Virus record (IMG/VR): IMGVR_UViG_3300045988_079296
Coordinates: 34,613 to 98,612 of that record
From: a virus
Direction: 5' to 3' (one strand)
Length of the DNA stretch: 64,000 nucleotides
The notes beneath the pieces were generated by a model, which worked only from the letters and a program-made list of their open reading frames with translations, was not told the DNA's origin and made no database searches. The translations under genes and the position numbers were made by a program. Positions 25,460-33,137 of the stretch are shown piece by piece; the first letter of the stretch is position 1, and every line of letters begins with the position of its first letter.

Positions 25460-25885
25460 TTATTTTGCCATTCTCACAACTATCTCCACATCTGAAAAGT
25501 CGCTTGCAAAAGAACAAGAACGAATATCATAGGAATGACTTCCAGTGTTAATCGTAGTAAGCACCAAAGGATAATAAGTCAACACGCTTAACTCGGTAGG
25601 AGCGGATGTCAAAGCATAAGACGTTACAAGGTTTGAAGCTGCCTGACCTCCGAAGCGTTCAGATACTATTTTAACCGTCATAGGAACGTCAGAGGATGCT
25701 TGTATGCTCACTTCTGTCTCCGTCTTTAAGGAGATTATGAGATTCAAGTTTCCTATCTTAGCATTGATGGGAGCGGTCTTTAAGTTTCCGTTTAAAACTA
25801 TCGGCTTGTAACTTACAAAGTCCAATCCTCCTTCTACTCCATTGTCAATCTCTTCTCCCGTATATGCGCTTTGATAATCTTCCAT
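25460..25885 (-). CDS. hypothetical beta-rich protein (virion-type?)
   Basis: 141 aa, S/T/V-rich, followed by a strong terminator. Confidence 0.6.
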   Translation of the reverse strand: MEDYQSAYTGEEIDNGVEGGLDFVSYKPIVLNGNLKTAPINAKIGNLNLIISLKTETEVSIQASSDVPMTVKIVSERFGGQAASNLVTSYALTSAPTELSVLTYYPLVLTTINTGSHSYDIRSCSFASDFSDVEIVVRMAK

Positions 25886-26043
25886 TATTGTTTAACTTTA
25901 AATTTGTTTCCTCCTTTTGTCGCAAAAGTTTCACCGCTGGAAGTTTTCAAATATCCCTTTCCTTCAACTGGCGGAGAAGTGCTTGGTTTGAGTTTTGTGC
26001 TTCCGCTCAACTTACCAATTGAACCTAACTTACCAACTCTCAT
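25885..26043 (-). CDS. small Lys/Gly/Ser-rich protein (52 aa, below the track cutoff)
   Basis: Own translation: MRVGKLGSIGKLSGSTKLKPSTSPPVEGKGYLKTSSGETFATKGGNKFKVKQ*. The ATG is 4 nt after the upstream TGA. TAATG overlap with the next start. Confidence 0.5.
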   Translation of the reverse strand: MRVGKLGSIGKLSGSTKLKPSTSPPVEGKGYLKTSSGETFATKGGNKFKVKQ

Positions 26044-26047
26044 GGCA

Positions 26048-26311
26048 TCAATACATTACGTTAATAGAACCCGAAACAAGTTCCAATTTAGAGTCAATGT
26101 AGAAATATTCCGTTTCTCCTTCGGATATTACTACACCATCACCTGGCTGGTTTTCCAAGCGAATAACGGCATCACCGCCAGTCGCCTTAACTCGGATAAA
26201 CTGATTGGGAGTTATTTGCTCTACAACTCCTGCTGCGCTTACGTTCAAACCCATACTTAGACGGGCAACTTGTACGGAGCGACTGTTTGCATCTACATAA
26301 AGACTTTTCAT
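26048..26311 (-). CDS. hypothetical protein (87 aa)
   Basis: The tracked ORF starts at TTG 26347, inside the upstream terminator. ATG 26311 (MKSLYVDANSRSV...) is preceded by TTTGTAAAAAT. Confidence 0.6.
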   Translation of the reverse strand: MKSLYVDANSRSVQVARLSMGLNVSAAGVVEQITPNQFIRVKATGGDAVIRLENQPGDGVVISEGETEYFYIDSKLELVSGSINVMY

Positions 26312-26323
26312 ATTTTTACAAAT

Positions 26324-26361
26324 TAAAAAAGGAGTATAAAACCCCAATGTTGTTATACTCC
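26324..26361 (-). terminator. Rho-independent terminator after the lipoprotein gene
   Basis: Arms ggagtataa (26331-26339) and ttatactcc (26353-26361), 9 bp. Followed by TTTTTT on the minus strand. Confidence 0.75.
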
Positions 26362-26372
26362 TTTAATAGTTG

Positions 26373-26615
26373 TTATTGTTTGACTCTTATCCTGGGCGGG
26401 TTATGCTCGTCCAGCGTGTTCCCGTCCTTCCTCATTTCGTACCGAAGTGTATCAAAACCCAATTCCACACGTTCATATTTCCAAACTCTCATAATTACGG
26501 TTGTATCTGTTCTTGATACTTCCTCTTTGTACGTTACTTTCGTTGGGTCTTTGTCGGAACATTCCGTCAGGAATAAGAACCCAAGAAAGCATAAACATAG
26601 AAAATACATTTTCAT
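26373..26615 (-). CDS. putative lipoprotein
   Basis: Signal peptide MKMYFLCLCFLGFLFLTEC, then CSDKD. The acidic residues just after the Cys resemble the Bacteroidota surface-lipoprotein export signal. Confidence 0.5.
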   Translation of the reverse strand: MKMYFLCLCFLGFLFLTECSDKDPTKVTYKEEVSRTDTTVIMRVWKYERVELGFDTLRYEMRKDGNTLDEHNPPRIRVKQ

Positions 26616-26773
26616 AGGTCGTGTATTTTTAATCCGTTAATAACTTCCCAACCTTCGGAGCGGAGTTTGTCTTCAACTTTGTCTCGGCTCTCCGCTTCCA
26701 CTTCGGTCTTTTGTAACTTGATTTGTTCTTTTCGGCTTCTACTACCGAAAAATTTGACTTTAAACTTCTTCAT
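26612..26773 (-). CDS. small charged protein (53 aa, below the track cutoff)
   Basis: Own translation: MKKFKVKFFGSRSRKEQIKLQKTEVEAESRDKVEDKLRSEGWEVINGLKIHDL*. ATGA overlap with the lipoprotein start. Confidence 0.45.
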   Translation of the reverse strand: MKKFKVKFFGSRSRKEQIKLQKTEVEAESRDKVEDKLRSEGWEVINGLKIHDL

Positions 26774-26987
26774 ATTCTACATCAATTGCTCTTGCTTTCA
26801 TTTTGTCCAAACTCGCTCTTTGTTCTGGTGTGAACCGCTTCTTCGGCTCTCCTTCCCATTTCTCTTCGGGTTGAGTATTATCGTAGTAAGTACGATTGCG
26901 CCAAGTCTCTCTTGACATGTTATCACTCATTCCCGAAGTCCTGTACATAAATTCAAACCATTCATCTATCCAATCGAACCTTCCCAT
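26760..26987 (-). CDS. hypothetical protein (75 aa)
   Basis: ATG-initiated minus-strand ORF overlapping the upstream gene end by 26 nt. Confidence 0.55.
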   Translation of the reverse strand: MGRFDWIDEWFEFMYRTSGMSDNMSRETWRNRTYYDNTQPEEKWEGEPKKRFTPEQRASLDKMKARAIDVEYEEV

Positions 26988-28209
26988 ATTTAAACCATTT
27001 ATTTTCGATAACTTTGATGTAATAATCCCTTACCCAAGTTGGACTTGCCGTTGCGTAGAAAGCATCGCTATCGCAGAAGTTATCCCAAAACGGCTTCCCG
27101 AACCCGATACGGACAAACTCTTCATCCAATATATCCTCACAACGTGTTTGCATTACATGCCATCCTTCTTCTCCAAGGGTCATAGACTTCAAGCGGTCTA
27201 TAATGCGTGACAAACTGCCCCCTTGAACCCGTTCAGTGTATAAGATAGGACTTACAATGCCCATAGCAGCAAGATAGTCGGTGAGGTTCATTCCCGTTGG
27301 TATCTCGTCTTTAAAGCATCCTACGGGCACGGAAAGCTCTTGTAATGACGCAATCTTATTGTCCCATACTTCCTTATTCAAGTTTATCCATTCCCGAACG
27401 TCTGGACGGGTATCGTAAATGTTGAAATAGCGTTCTTTCTCTGCTGCATTTGGGTAAATAACCAAGTACGGTATTCCCAAGGCTTTGAATATCTTCCTTG
27501 CTTCGGGATGCATGGCACAAACGATAATTCTGCCCCGTTGAAGCTCCTTCGATATTTTGCGAGCATAGTTGATTGGAAACTCTGGATTGATGATACCCTT
27601 CTCTTTGTCTAAGTAGTAATGTTCTGAAAAGAAACAATCTACAAATCGGCTATCTACGTTTGTCAAGAATGTTTTACCAATCCCTGGATAACCACATATT
27701 GCTCTGATAGTGCCTTGCTTAAACGCTTCTTGTATAGCAAGACGGTTTGTTGTTACTTCCATAATAATGCTATGATTAAAAAGGATTGCTAAAACTCCGC
27801 ATAATATCCATGCTTTCTTATCGGAGCTTTTAACTACATGTTGAATGTGCGCTCCTGCCGCTTTGAGTTCTTGAACCTCTTCATCCAAGAATAGGTCATT
27901 ACCATTATTCCACTTGATTATTGCTTTTCTACAAGCATCGTTCAACGGCTTCATAAGTTCTTCGGGATAACCATATGAAAGGTCATAACGGGCATCGCCT
28001 TTGTGTACTTCGCCAAACATAGCTTGACCAGTCTCTGGGCTTCCTCTGAATTGCCATTCCGTTCTTAGAAAGCCAGGCACTGTTTTAGCGGTTATGAAAT
28101 AAATACCATCCTCATCATCCATAGATACTTTGGTAATGATAGGAGCGGTTGAGAAGTATTTCTGTAATATCTTCTCCGCTTGTTCTTTGTTACAATGTAT
28201 TACTGACAT
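26962..28209 (-). CDS. P-loop NTPase / nucleotide-kinase-like protein with N-terminal extra domain
   Basis: Walker A ICGYPGIGKTFL in mid-protein, followed by a kinase-like core (IIVCAMHPEARKIF...GIPYLVIYPN). ATG 28209 is preferred over the tracked TTG 28257 and is preceded by TTGTAAAAC, whose TAA is the upstream stop. Confidence 0.55.
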   Translation of the reverse strand: MSVIHCNKEQAEKILQKYFSTAPIITKVSMDDEDGIYFITAKTVPGFLRTEWQFRGSPETGQAMFGEVHKGDARYDLSYGYPEELMKPLNDACRKAIIKWNNGNDLFLDEEVQELKAAGAHIQHVVKSSDKKAWILCGVLAILFNHSIIMEVTTNRLAIQEAFKQGTIRAICGYPGIGKTFLTNVDSRFVDCFFSEHYYLDKEKGIINPEFPINYARKISKELQRGRIIVCAMHPEARKIFKALGIPYLVIYPNAAEKERYFNIYDTRPDVREWINLNKEVWDNKIASLQELSVPVGCFKDEIPTGMNLTDYLAAMGIVSPILYTERVQGGSLSRIIDRLKSMTLGEEGWHVMQTRCEDILDEEFVRIGFGKPFWDNFCDSDAFYATASPTWVRDYYIKVIENKWFKYGKVRLDR

Positions 28210-28223
28210 GATTCGATTTTGTT

Positions 28224-28436
28224 TTACAATAATCCAGCTTTTACCATTTCTCGGCAATCCTTACAAACCTTAGTGGGCGGCGTTACATAATTTTCAGGCA
28301 AAGTGTCTGAAAGGTGACCGCAATATTTGCAATAAAAGTACATCGGAGAACCCGCAGGCAATAAGTTGTTATTCTTTTGCTCAGGTTGATTTTTTAAGCG
28401 TTCTTCAAACGCTCTCTTCATTTCTTCCTTTTCCAT
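28224..28436 (-). CDS. small zinc-ribbon protein
   Basis: Two CxxC pairs (FYCKYCGH ... CKDCREM). ATG 28436 directly follows the conserved leader motif; the tracked start 28442 is TTG. Confidence 0.6.
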   Translation of the reverse strand: MEKEEMKRAFEERLKNQPEQKNNNLLPAGSPMYFYCKYCGHLSDTLPENYVTPPTKVCKDCREMVKAGLL

Positions 28437-28439
28437 ATT

Positions 28440-28458
28440 CAATTTGATTTACAATTTT
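28440..28458 (-). promoter_or_regulatory. conserved leader motif (copy 3)
   Basis: Minus strand AAAATTGTAAATCAAATTG, 3 nt before ATG 28436. Confidence 0.45.
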
Positions 28459-28472
28459 GTTAATTAACTTTG

Positions 28473-28676
28473 TTAAACTCTTTGGGTCGCAAACTCAATT
28501 CTGAATTTCTTATTCTTCAAAGTTGGTCGCTTCTCCAATACAAACTTCTCGACTTCCTTTATGTCGATAGGAAATAAAGGACAATAATGGTAAGGAATTT
28601 GAGTCAAGAACTTCTCCCCTACCATTATATCAAGATAAATCACTTTCAACCCACTATTCTCCATCCCGTTTCCCAT
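28473..28676 (-). CDS. hypothetical protein (67 aa)
   Basis: Minus-strand ORF with alternative ATGs at 28676 and 28664. Overlaps the upstream gene end. Confidence 0.5.
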   Translation of the reverse strand: MGNGMENSGLKVIYLDIMVGEKFLTQIPYHYCPLFPIDIKEVEKFVLEKRPTLKNKKFRIEFATQRV

Positions 28677-28870
28677 TCCTTACCTTGGCGGTGAGCCCAA
28701 AAATCATCTGCTGGTATCTGTAAGCCTTCTTCGTCTATATAGAAGTTTGACCCATCTTCTTCACAATAACCTCCCCAAATGTACTCTCCTTCTCCGAAAA
28801 ATCGGTGGGCAACTTTATACCCACCTTGTTCCATAGCCGCAATAGCAGCTTCTTTTGTCATATCTTCCAT
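28646..28870 (-). CDS. small protein, weakly DUF2829 (Tad2)-like
   Basis: 74 aa. EAAIAAMEQGGYKVAHRFFGEGEYIW...DEEGLQIPADDFW...GWRIV loosely follows the DUF2829 layout (A..AL..G.KV.R..W ... DW.iv). Confidence 0.3.
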   Translation of the reverse strand: MEDMTKEAAIAAMEQGGYKVAHRFFGEGEYIWGGYCEEDGSNFYIDEEGLQIPADDFWAHRQGKEWETGWRIVG

Positions 28871-29103
28871 TATTCAAGTCCTTTTAGAAATATGCGCCCA
28901 ATTGAGCTTGGTGAATAAATCTTAGTAGTATTGGGATATTGACCTATAAAAGATACATTTGTCAAAGGTCTCCACTTTGATTCCCAAATGCTTCCTCCGT
29001 CCATTTCTTTGAGCTTCTCATATATTTTTAGGCAATCTTCGGCATCCTTCTTATGCTCTTCCATCTTCAATTGCTTCTGTAAGCTATCATATAACTTTCC
29101 CAT
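28870..29103 (-). CDS. hypothetical protein (77 aa)
   Basis: ATG-initiated ORF sharing one base with the upstream stop. Confidence 0.55.
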   Translation of the reverse strand: MGKLYDSLQKQLKMEEHKKDAEDCLKIYEKLKEMDGGSIWESKWRPLTNVSFIGQYPNTTKIYSPSSIGRIFLKGLE

Positions 29104-29104
29104 A

Positions 29105-29554
29105 TCAAGATATTGTTTTACGCCATAACTCGTTCAGTTCCTTCTCCGATACTTCAACAGAGGTGTCTGGGTAGGTTAATACCAATTGCTTAGCGAAGTT
29201 GATATGATTGTGACCAAAATCTCCCATGCCTACGCTATTCATTTCTTGGGCATCCGATAGATGACTCATAATAGCCATTTGTACCTGAATATGGCGTTCT
29301 CCCTTCGCTCTCGGAACTTCGTCAGTTATCCACTTGCGCTCCGTTAAATCCACGTCATAGGCTTGTTGAACTACTTCTACGATTTTGCCCGTATATCCGC
29401 AAATACCTTCCCATTCCAACCAAATCTTGAGTAGGTCATATCCGCTCTTTTCTTCCAATTCTTCTTGAGTGTACTTTGGGTCATCGCTCCAATCAGCGGT
29501 TACATTCTCCAAAATCCAATCTATCAATTCCGCTCTGTTTTCTGTTGTTGCCAT
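29105..29554 (-). CDS. hypothetical protein
   Basis: ATG 29554 (MATTENRAELIDW...) follows the leader-motif variant AAATCGTAAAACAAATTG. The tracked start 29635 overlaps the upstream ORF. Confidence 0.55.
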   Translation of the reverse strand: MATTENRAELIDWILENVTADWSDDPKYTQEELEEKSGYDLLKIWLEWEGICGYTGKIVEVVQQAYDVDLTERKWITDEVPRAKGERHIQVQMAIMSHLSDAQEMNSVGMGDFGHNHINFAKQLVLTYPDTSVEVSEKELNELWRKTIS

Positions 29555-29558
29555 AATA

Positions 29559-29744
29559 TCAATTTGTTTTACGATTTTTGTTATTAACCTTGGGGCAAGT
29601 GGCGTATTTACAAGAACCTCCTGCGTTCCCTTCATTTGTGCAAGTCGCTCTTGCTATCTTAGAAGCATCCCTCACCCATTTAAGATGAGGGCATGAATCT
29701 TGCTTCTTGTAAAAGTCCTTAACCTTTTCTTGCTCTGATTTCAT
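29559..29744 (-). CDS. small Cys-rich protein (61 aa)
   Basis: Five Cys residues in 61 aa (positions 18, 35, 45 and 50 among them), with no CxxC pairs (SCPHLKW...ATCTNEGNAGGSCKYATCPK). ATGA overlap with the upstream gene. Confidence 0.5.
   Translation of the reverse strand: MKSEQEKVKDFYKKQDSCPHLKWVRDASKIARATCTNEGNAGGSCKYATCPKVNNKNRKTN
29560..29579 (-). promoter_or_regulatory. conserved leader motif, variant (copy 4)
   Basis: Minus strand AAAAATCGTAAAACAAATTG, 5 nt before ATG 29554. Overlaps the end of the upstream ORF. Confidence 0.4.
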
Positions 29745-30220
29745 ATTTTGTTCTTGTTATAGATTATCGGATAAATCGAAGTATAAAAACCTTCTTTGGA
29801 AACAATATCAACTACGGTATTTTGCTCATATTCTCCCAACGCCATATATTCTTCTTGACTTGGGTCTCTTCCTAAAGCAAGCTCCATAGTGATATCAGCG
29901 TACTTTTCGCCTACCTTATTCCAAGCATGCTCAATTCCGAACGTTCCGCAGCAAGTCATTTTCCCCTCAACATATTTAACCTCTGGAAAGATATGAGCGA
30001 ACAAAGTTGCATTACGATAGCATTCTTTCACTTGAGGCTTGACGAACGTCTTTATTGCTTTAATCTCGTCTGGGGAAAATACTTTGGATAGTCTTACAAC
30101 CTCAACGCTCCTTGCGTCTTTTAGCATTTGATTGTAGAACTCCTTTTGTCTCCCTTCCATAAAACCTGCAAAGGTGCGGAGTTCTACAATCAGACTATTC
30201 TCTTTTACTTCGGTGCTCAT
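29741..30220 (-). CDS. transglutaminase-like / papain-fold cysteine peptidase-like protein
   Basis: ECYRNATLFAHIF...GIEHAWNKVGEKYADIT gives Cys...His(AW)...Asp spacing similar to the transglutaminase core. Confidence 0.35.
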   Translation of the reverse strand: MSTEVKENSLIVELRTFAGFMEGRQKEFYNQMLKDARSVEVVRLSKVFSPDEIKAIKTFVKPQVKECYRNATLFAHIFPEVKYVEGKMTCCGTFGIEHAWNKVGEKYADITMELALGRDPSQEEYMALGEYEQNTVVDIVSKEGFYTSIYPIIYNKNKI

Positions 30221-31515
30221 TTCTTGATAAGTCCTTCGGGTATGTAATCAATTCCGTATCTCTTAAACATCGCTGTAACGCTATCTATGTTACAAGCCTT
30301 GCGGTCTCCATCCTTCTCAAAGAACTTTTGGTCAGCGGTTATGGTATAACCTTTCATGATAAGTTTGAACGCTTCCTTTTGTGCATCGCTCGGCTTCTTG
30401 TTACCTTTAGCGGTCTTAACGGGAAGAGCTATAAATTCAGCAATTGTAAGCTGTTTCGGAGCTTCGGGTGAGTTCTTCTTCGTCTCACCCTTCTTCGTTT
30501 GCTTAGCATTGCTCTTTCCAGCCTTCGCTGCTTTCGTAGCAGTCTGCTTCTTATCCGCTTTCTTAGTCTCGGACTTCGGAGCGGTTTCAGTCTTTGGCTT
30601 CGCTCCCGTCTTTTGCTTCATCGTTGGGATAGTACGCCAATCAAATTTTCCTGGTTGGTATTCCGTCCACATCCATTTACCATTCTTGTGAATGTCACCT
30701 ACCTTCTTGGTTGACTTCGGAGCAGAAGCGGTCTTTGCCTCTTCCTGCTTGTCCTCTTTTTTCGGCTCTGCCTTCTTGGTAGCCTTCGTTGTCTTCTTAG
30801 CTTTCGGAGCTTCATCAACGATACCTGCTGCTTCCAAACCTGCCTTGGTTATTGTTCCGTCAAAGTAAGAGTCACCGTTGGATGCTAAAACCATACCTTT
30901 AGAGCAAAGTGAAGACATCGTGCCTGAAAGTGAGCTTGTACTTCTCGCCCTTTCCAGTTTGAGTTCGGATAGAACAAACGCATCATCCTCACCGTAATGT
31001 TTTGCGTTCACCGCCATAGCTTGAAGAACTTCCAACTCATTCTTGGTCAGTTTCACTTCTTCGGTCTTTACTTCCTCAGCCTTGGGTTGAGCCTTCTTAG
31101 CGGTTGCTGATTTACCCATACCTTTCTGAAGTTCCACAGTTACCGCTTTCTTGCCCTTGGTAGCTTTCTCAACAAGCTCTTTTTGAGCCTTGGTTAGCTT
31201 CGCTTTCTTCGGAGCTTCTTCCACTGCCTTCTTACATGCTTCCTTAGCATCTGCGAAGTTTACCAAACGACTGGTAAGGATAGCTTTGATGTCCTCGTTC
31301 GTTACTTCGGAGTCATCAAGCATCTTAACCAATTCAAACTCGTTATCCCAATTTTCAAGAATATACGCTGCTTGTAGCTTCGCTTCCTTGGCGGCTGGTC
31401 TCTTACCCTTAGACAGACTTGCCATCTTTACACTTTTCAGTTCGTTCAATTTAACGATACGGCTGTCCATTACTTCGTTTACGTTCTCGGCTGTTTGATT
31501 TGCTGTTGCTTTCAT
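30217..31515 (-). CDS. Lys/Ala/Glu-rich protein (histone-H1-like low-complexity linkers around small globular segments)
   Basis: 432 aa with long K/A/E/T-rich tracts (KKAQPKAEEVKTEEVK, KAKKTTKATKKAEPKKEDKQEEAK, KKADKKQTATKAAKAGKSNAKQTKKGETKK). Driven by promoter P4. Confidence 0.65.
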   Translation of the reverse strand: MKATANQTAENVNEVMDSRIVKLNELKSVKMASLSKGKRPAAKEAKLQAAYILENWDNEFELVKMLDDSEVTNEDIKAILTSRLVNFADAKEACKKAVEEAPKKAKLTKAQKELVEKATKGKKAVTVELQKGMGKSATAKKAQPKAEEVKTEEVKLTKNELEVLQAMAVNAKHYGEDDAFVLSELKLERARSTSSLSGTMSSLCSKGMVLASNGDSYFDGTITKAGLEAAGIVDEAPKAKKTTKATKKAEPKKEDKQEEAKTASAPKSTKKVGDIHKNGKWMWTEYQPGKFDWRTIPTMKQKTGAKPKTETAPKSETKKADKKQTATKAAKAGKSNAKQTKKGETKKNSPEAPKQLTIAEFIALPVKTAKGNKKPSDAQKEAFKLIMKGYTITADQKFFEKDGDRKACNIDSVTAMFKRYGIDYIPEGLIKK

Positions 31516-31601
31516 AATTCTGAATATTAAGTTGTTTATAAATTATCTGTTTATTGTTTCTAACTTTGTAACCTTTAACAGTTGTTCCGTTATGATTACG
31601 T

Positions 31602-31636
31602 TACAAAGGTACGAACAATAAATTAATCTACAAAAC
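31602..31636 (-). promoter_or_regulatory. Bacteroidota sigma-A-type promoter P4 for the Lys-rich protein gene 30217-31515
   Basis: Minus strand reads TTTGTAGATTAATTTATTGTTCGTACCTTTGTA. The -7 box is at 31611-31604 and the -33 TTTG at 31634-31631, N19 spacing. Confidence 0.75.
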
Positions 31637-31704
31637 TTTTTCCAAATTATTTTTGGTAAATCGCCAATATTTAACTTTTCTTGGTAACTTTTTAACTAAA
31701 CGCC

Positions 31705-31741
31705 AATAAAAAAGCTCCGATTTATCGCAAACCAGAGCTTT
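31705..31741 (-). terminator. Rho-independent terminator after 31798-32331
   Basis: Arms aaagctc (31711-31717) and gagcttt (31735-31741). Followed by TTTATTGG, preceded by a second hairpin ttgaca/tgtcaa. The stem sequence is almost the same as the terminator at 10811-10845. Confidence 0.7.
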
Positions 31742-31797
31742 CTCGGTTGACAGTCCTGCAACGTCTTGTCAAACCATTATTATGAAAATAGTCTATG

Positions 31798-32331
31798 TTA
31801 CAATATCTCTCGCATCACCAACATAGTATATCGTTCTTCAACGCTTTGTTTCATTTCCGTATCGCCTGCATTGATAGCCTTCAATTGGGCTTGAGCTTCC
31901 TTCTCTTCCATTCCCAAGAGATAAACCATATACTCATAATCCCGAATGTCTTGTATCGTAATAGTAGGAGTTACAACCGTACCAATAAGATTGCACGTAA
32001 ATAGAACATGACAACGGTTATTGCCTGGGCGGTTATCTCTCGCCACTACCATATATTTGAATCCCGTCATTGCGTTCATCGGGGTTATCTCCTTAATCAC
32101 CCACCCGTTCCGTAGGATAACGGCAGGAGTAGGTTTCATTCGTTTCCAAGCAATTTCTGCCACTCTACGCTTCAACTCTTCGTAGGATAGTTCAGAAGCC
32201 TTCTTAACCTTCAGCAAGCGGTTTAAACCGAATGTATCAATCATCTTCTGACGGGTGAACCGTATCATGTAGAATAAAGAGCCTGCAATAATCAGCGTCA
32301 CAAGCGCACAGAGTAATAATGTAAGTGTCAT
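31798..32331 (-). CDS. membrane-anchored protein
   Basis: 177 aa. N-terminal TM helix LTLLLCALVTLIIAGSLFYMI. Followed by tandem hairpins. Confidence 0.6.
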   Translation of the reverse strand: MTLTLLLCALVTLIIAGSLFYMIRFTRQKMIDTFGLNRLLKVKKASELSYEELKRRVAEIAWKRMKPTPAVILRNGWVIKEITPMNAMTGFKYMVVARDNRPGNNRCHVLFTCNLIGTVVTPTITIQDIRDYEYMVYLLGMEEKEAQAQLKAINAGDTEMKQSVEERYTMLVMREIL

Positions 32332-32558
32332 AATGTTTCCCTTTCGTATTTAATTGTTAATTTAAGTTTTGTTTGCTCTTCGGGCATTGGTATTTCTTCG
32401 TAGGTGAAATTGACCTCCGCTTCTGCTCCAACTTCCCGTTTGACTTCTCTCCGATACTCTTCCAAGTCCTTGACTTTGGCGGTACGCTTATCAAGATGCC
32501 TATGACCATTCTGGGTGATATGCGTCCTGCGGATTGCATAATAATACTTTTGTTCCAT
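32328..32558 (-). CDS. hypothetical protein (76 aa)
   Basis: ATG-initiated ORF, ATGA overlap downstream. Confidence 0.55.
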   Translation of the reverse strand: MEQKYYYAIRRTHITQNGHRHLDKRTAKVKDLEEYRREVKREVGAEAEVNFTYEEIPMPEEQTKLKLTIKYERETL

Positions 32559-32559
32559 T

Positions 32560-32757
32560 TTAGTTTACAATTTTAATGTTCCTTTTGTACGGTATTATAA
32601 TTGTTCCAACGTAAGGATACAAGCCGCCTTCACCTTGTACGATAGTTCTGATGCGGTAGGTTTTGGCGTATTCACCAAGAACTTCTACGGGCATAGAGAA
32701 ATTGCCGTAATACAATATTGCCCTTTTAGGCTCGGAGTATTCTTGATAAGTTGCCAT
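32560..32757 (-). CDS. hypothetical protein (65 aa)
   Basis: ATG-initiated ORF tightly packed between neighbours. Confidence 0.55.
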   Translation of the reverse strand: MATYQEYSEPKRAILYYGNFSMPVEVLGEYAKTYRIRTIVQGEGGLYPYVGTIIIPYKRNIKIVN

Positions 32758-32760
32758 GGC

Positions 32761-32952
32761 TCAATCCTCGTCCAACATAAAGAGGTCGCTGAAATGACTC
32801 TTCCTCTCTTCTTGCTTACCTATATAGATACCAAGACATAGCCATTCAAACTCAAATTCCCGATTGTGTATATTTATATTCAACGCAGGAAGGATTGCCC
32901 AAAACTCCTTCGGTGTGAAGTCAATACTCACTTTTAGTTCTATTCTTTTCAT
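32761..32952 (-). CDS. hypothetical protein (63 aa)
   Basis: ATG 32952 forms an ATGA overlap with the upstream stop. The tracked start 32961 is TTG. Confidence 0.55.
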   Translation of the reverse strand: MKRIELKVSIDFTPKEFWAILPALNINIHNREFEFEWLCLGIYIGKQEERKSHFSDLFMLDED

Positions 32953-33137
32953 TCTTCCCAAACTATTGCTGTATATACTTCCGTTTCTATCTCCGACAAA
33001 TGTATCGCCGTACCATCTACAATGATATACAAATCTCCATCATCATCGGCAAATACTTCGCTTTCCGCCAAATCTTCTCGGCTCAAGTCTCTTACAACAT
33101 CGCCTTCTTCAATTAATCTTCCATTAACGTCTTTCAT
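32949..33137 (-). CDS. hypothetical acidic protein (62 aa)
   Basis: ATG-initiated ORF, ATGA overlap with the sigma gene stop. Confidence 0.55.
   Translation of the reverse strand: MKDVNGRLIEEGDVVRDLSREDLAESEVFADDDGDLYIIVDGTAIHLSEIETEVYTAIVWEE

Noticed and set aside
27374-27637. Short minus-strand ORFs nested out of frame in larger genes (3227-3427, 7376-7618, 15398-15583, 27374-27637, 27384-27566, 32357-32539, 35321-35548, 43079-43351, 46028-46234, 55998-56249, 57267-57536, 58997-59209)
   Set aside because: They are fully contained in longer ORFs that carry clear family motifs. Their sequences are low-quality (R/K/S-rich or hydrophobic junk).
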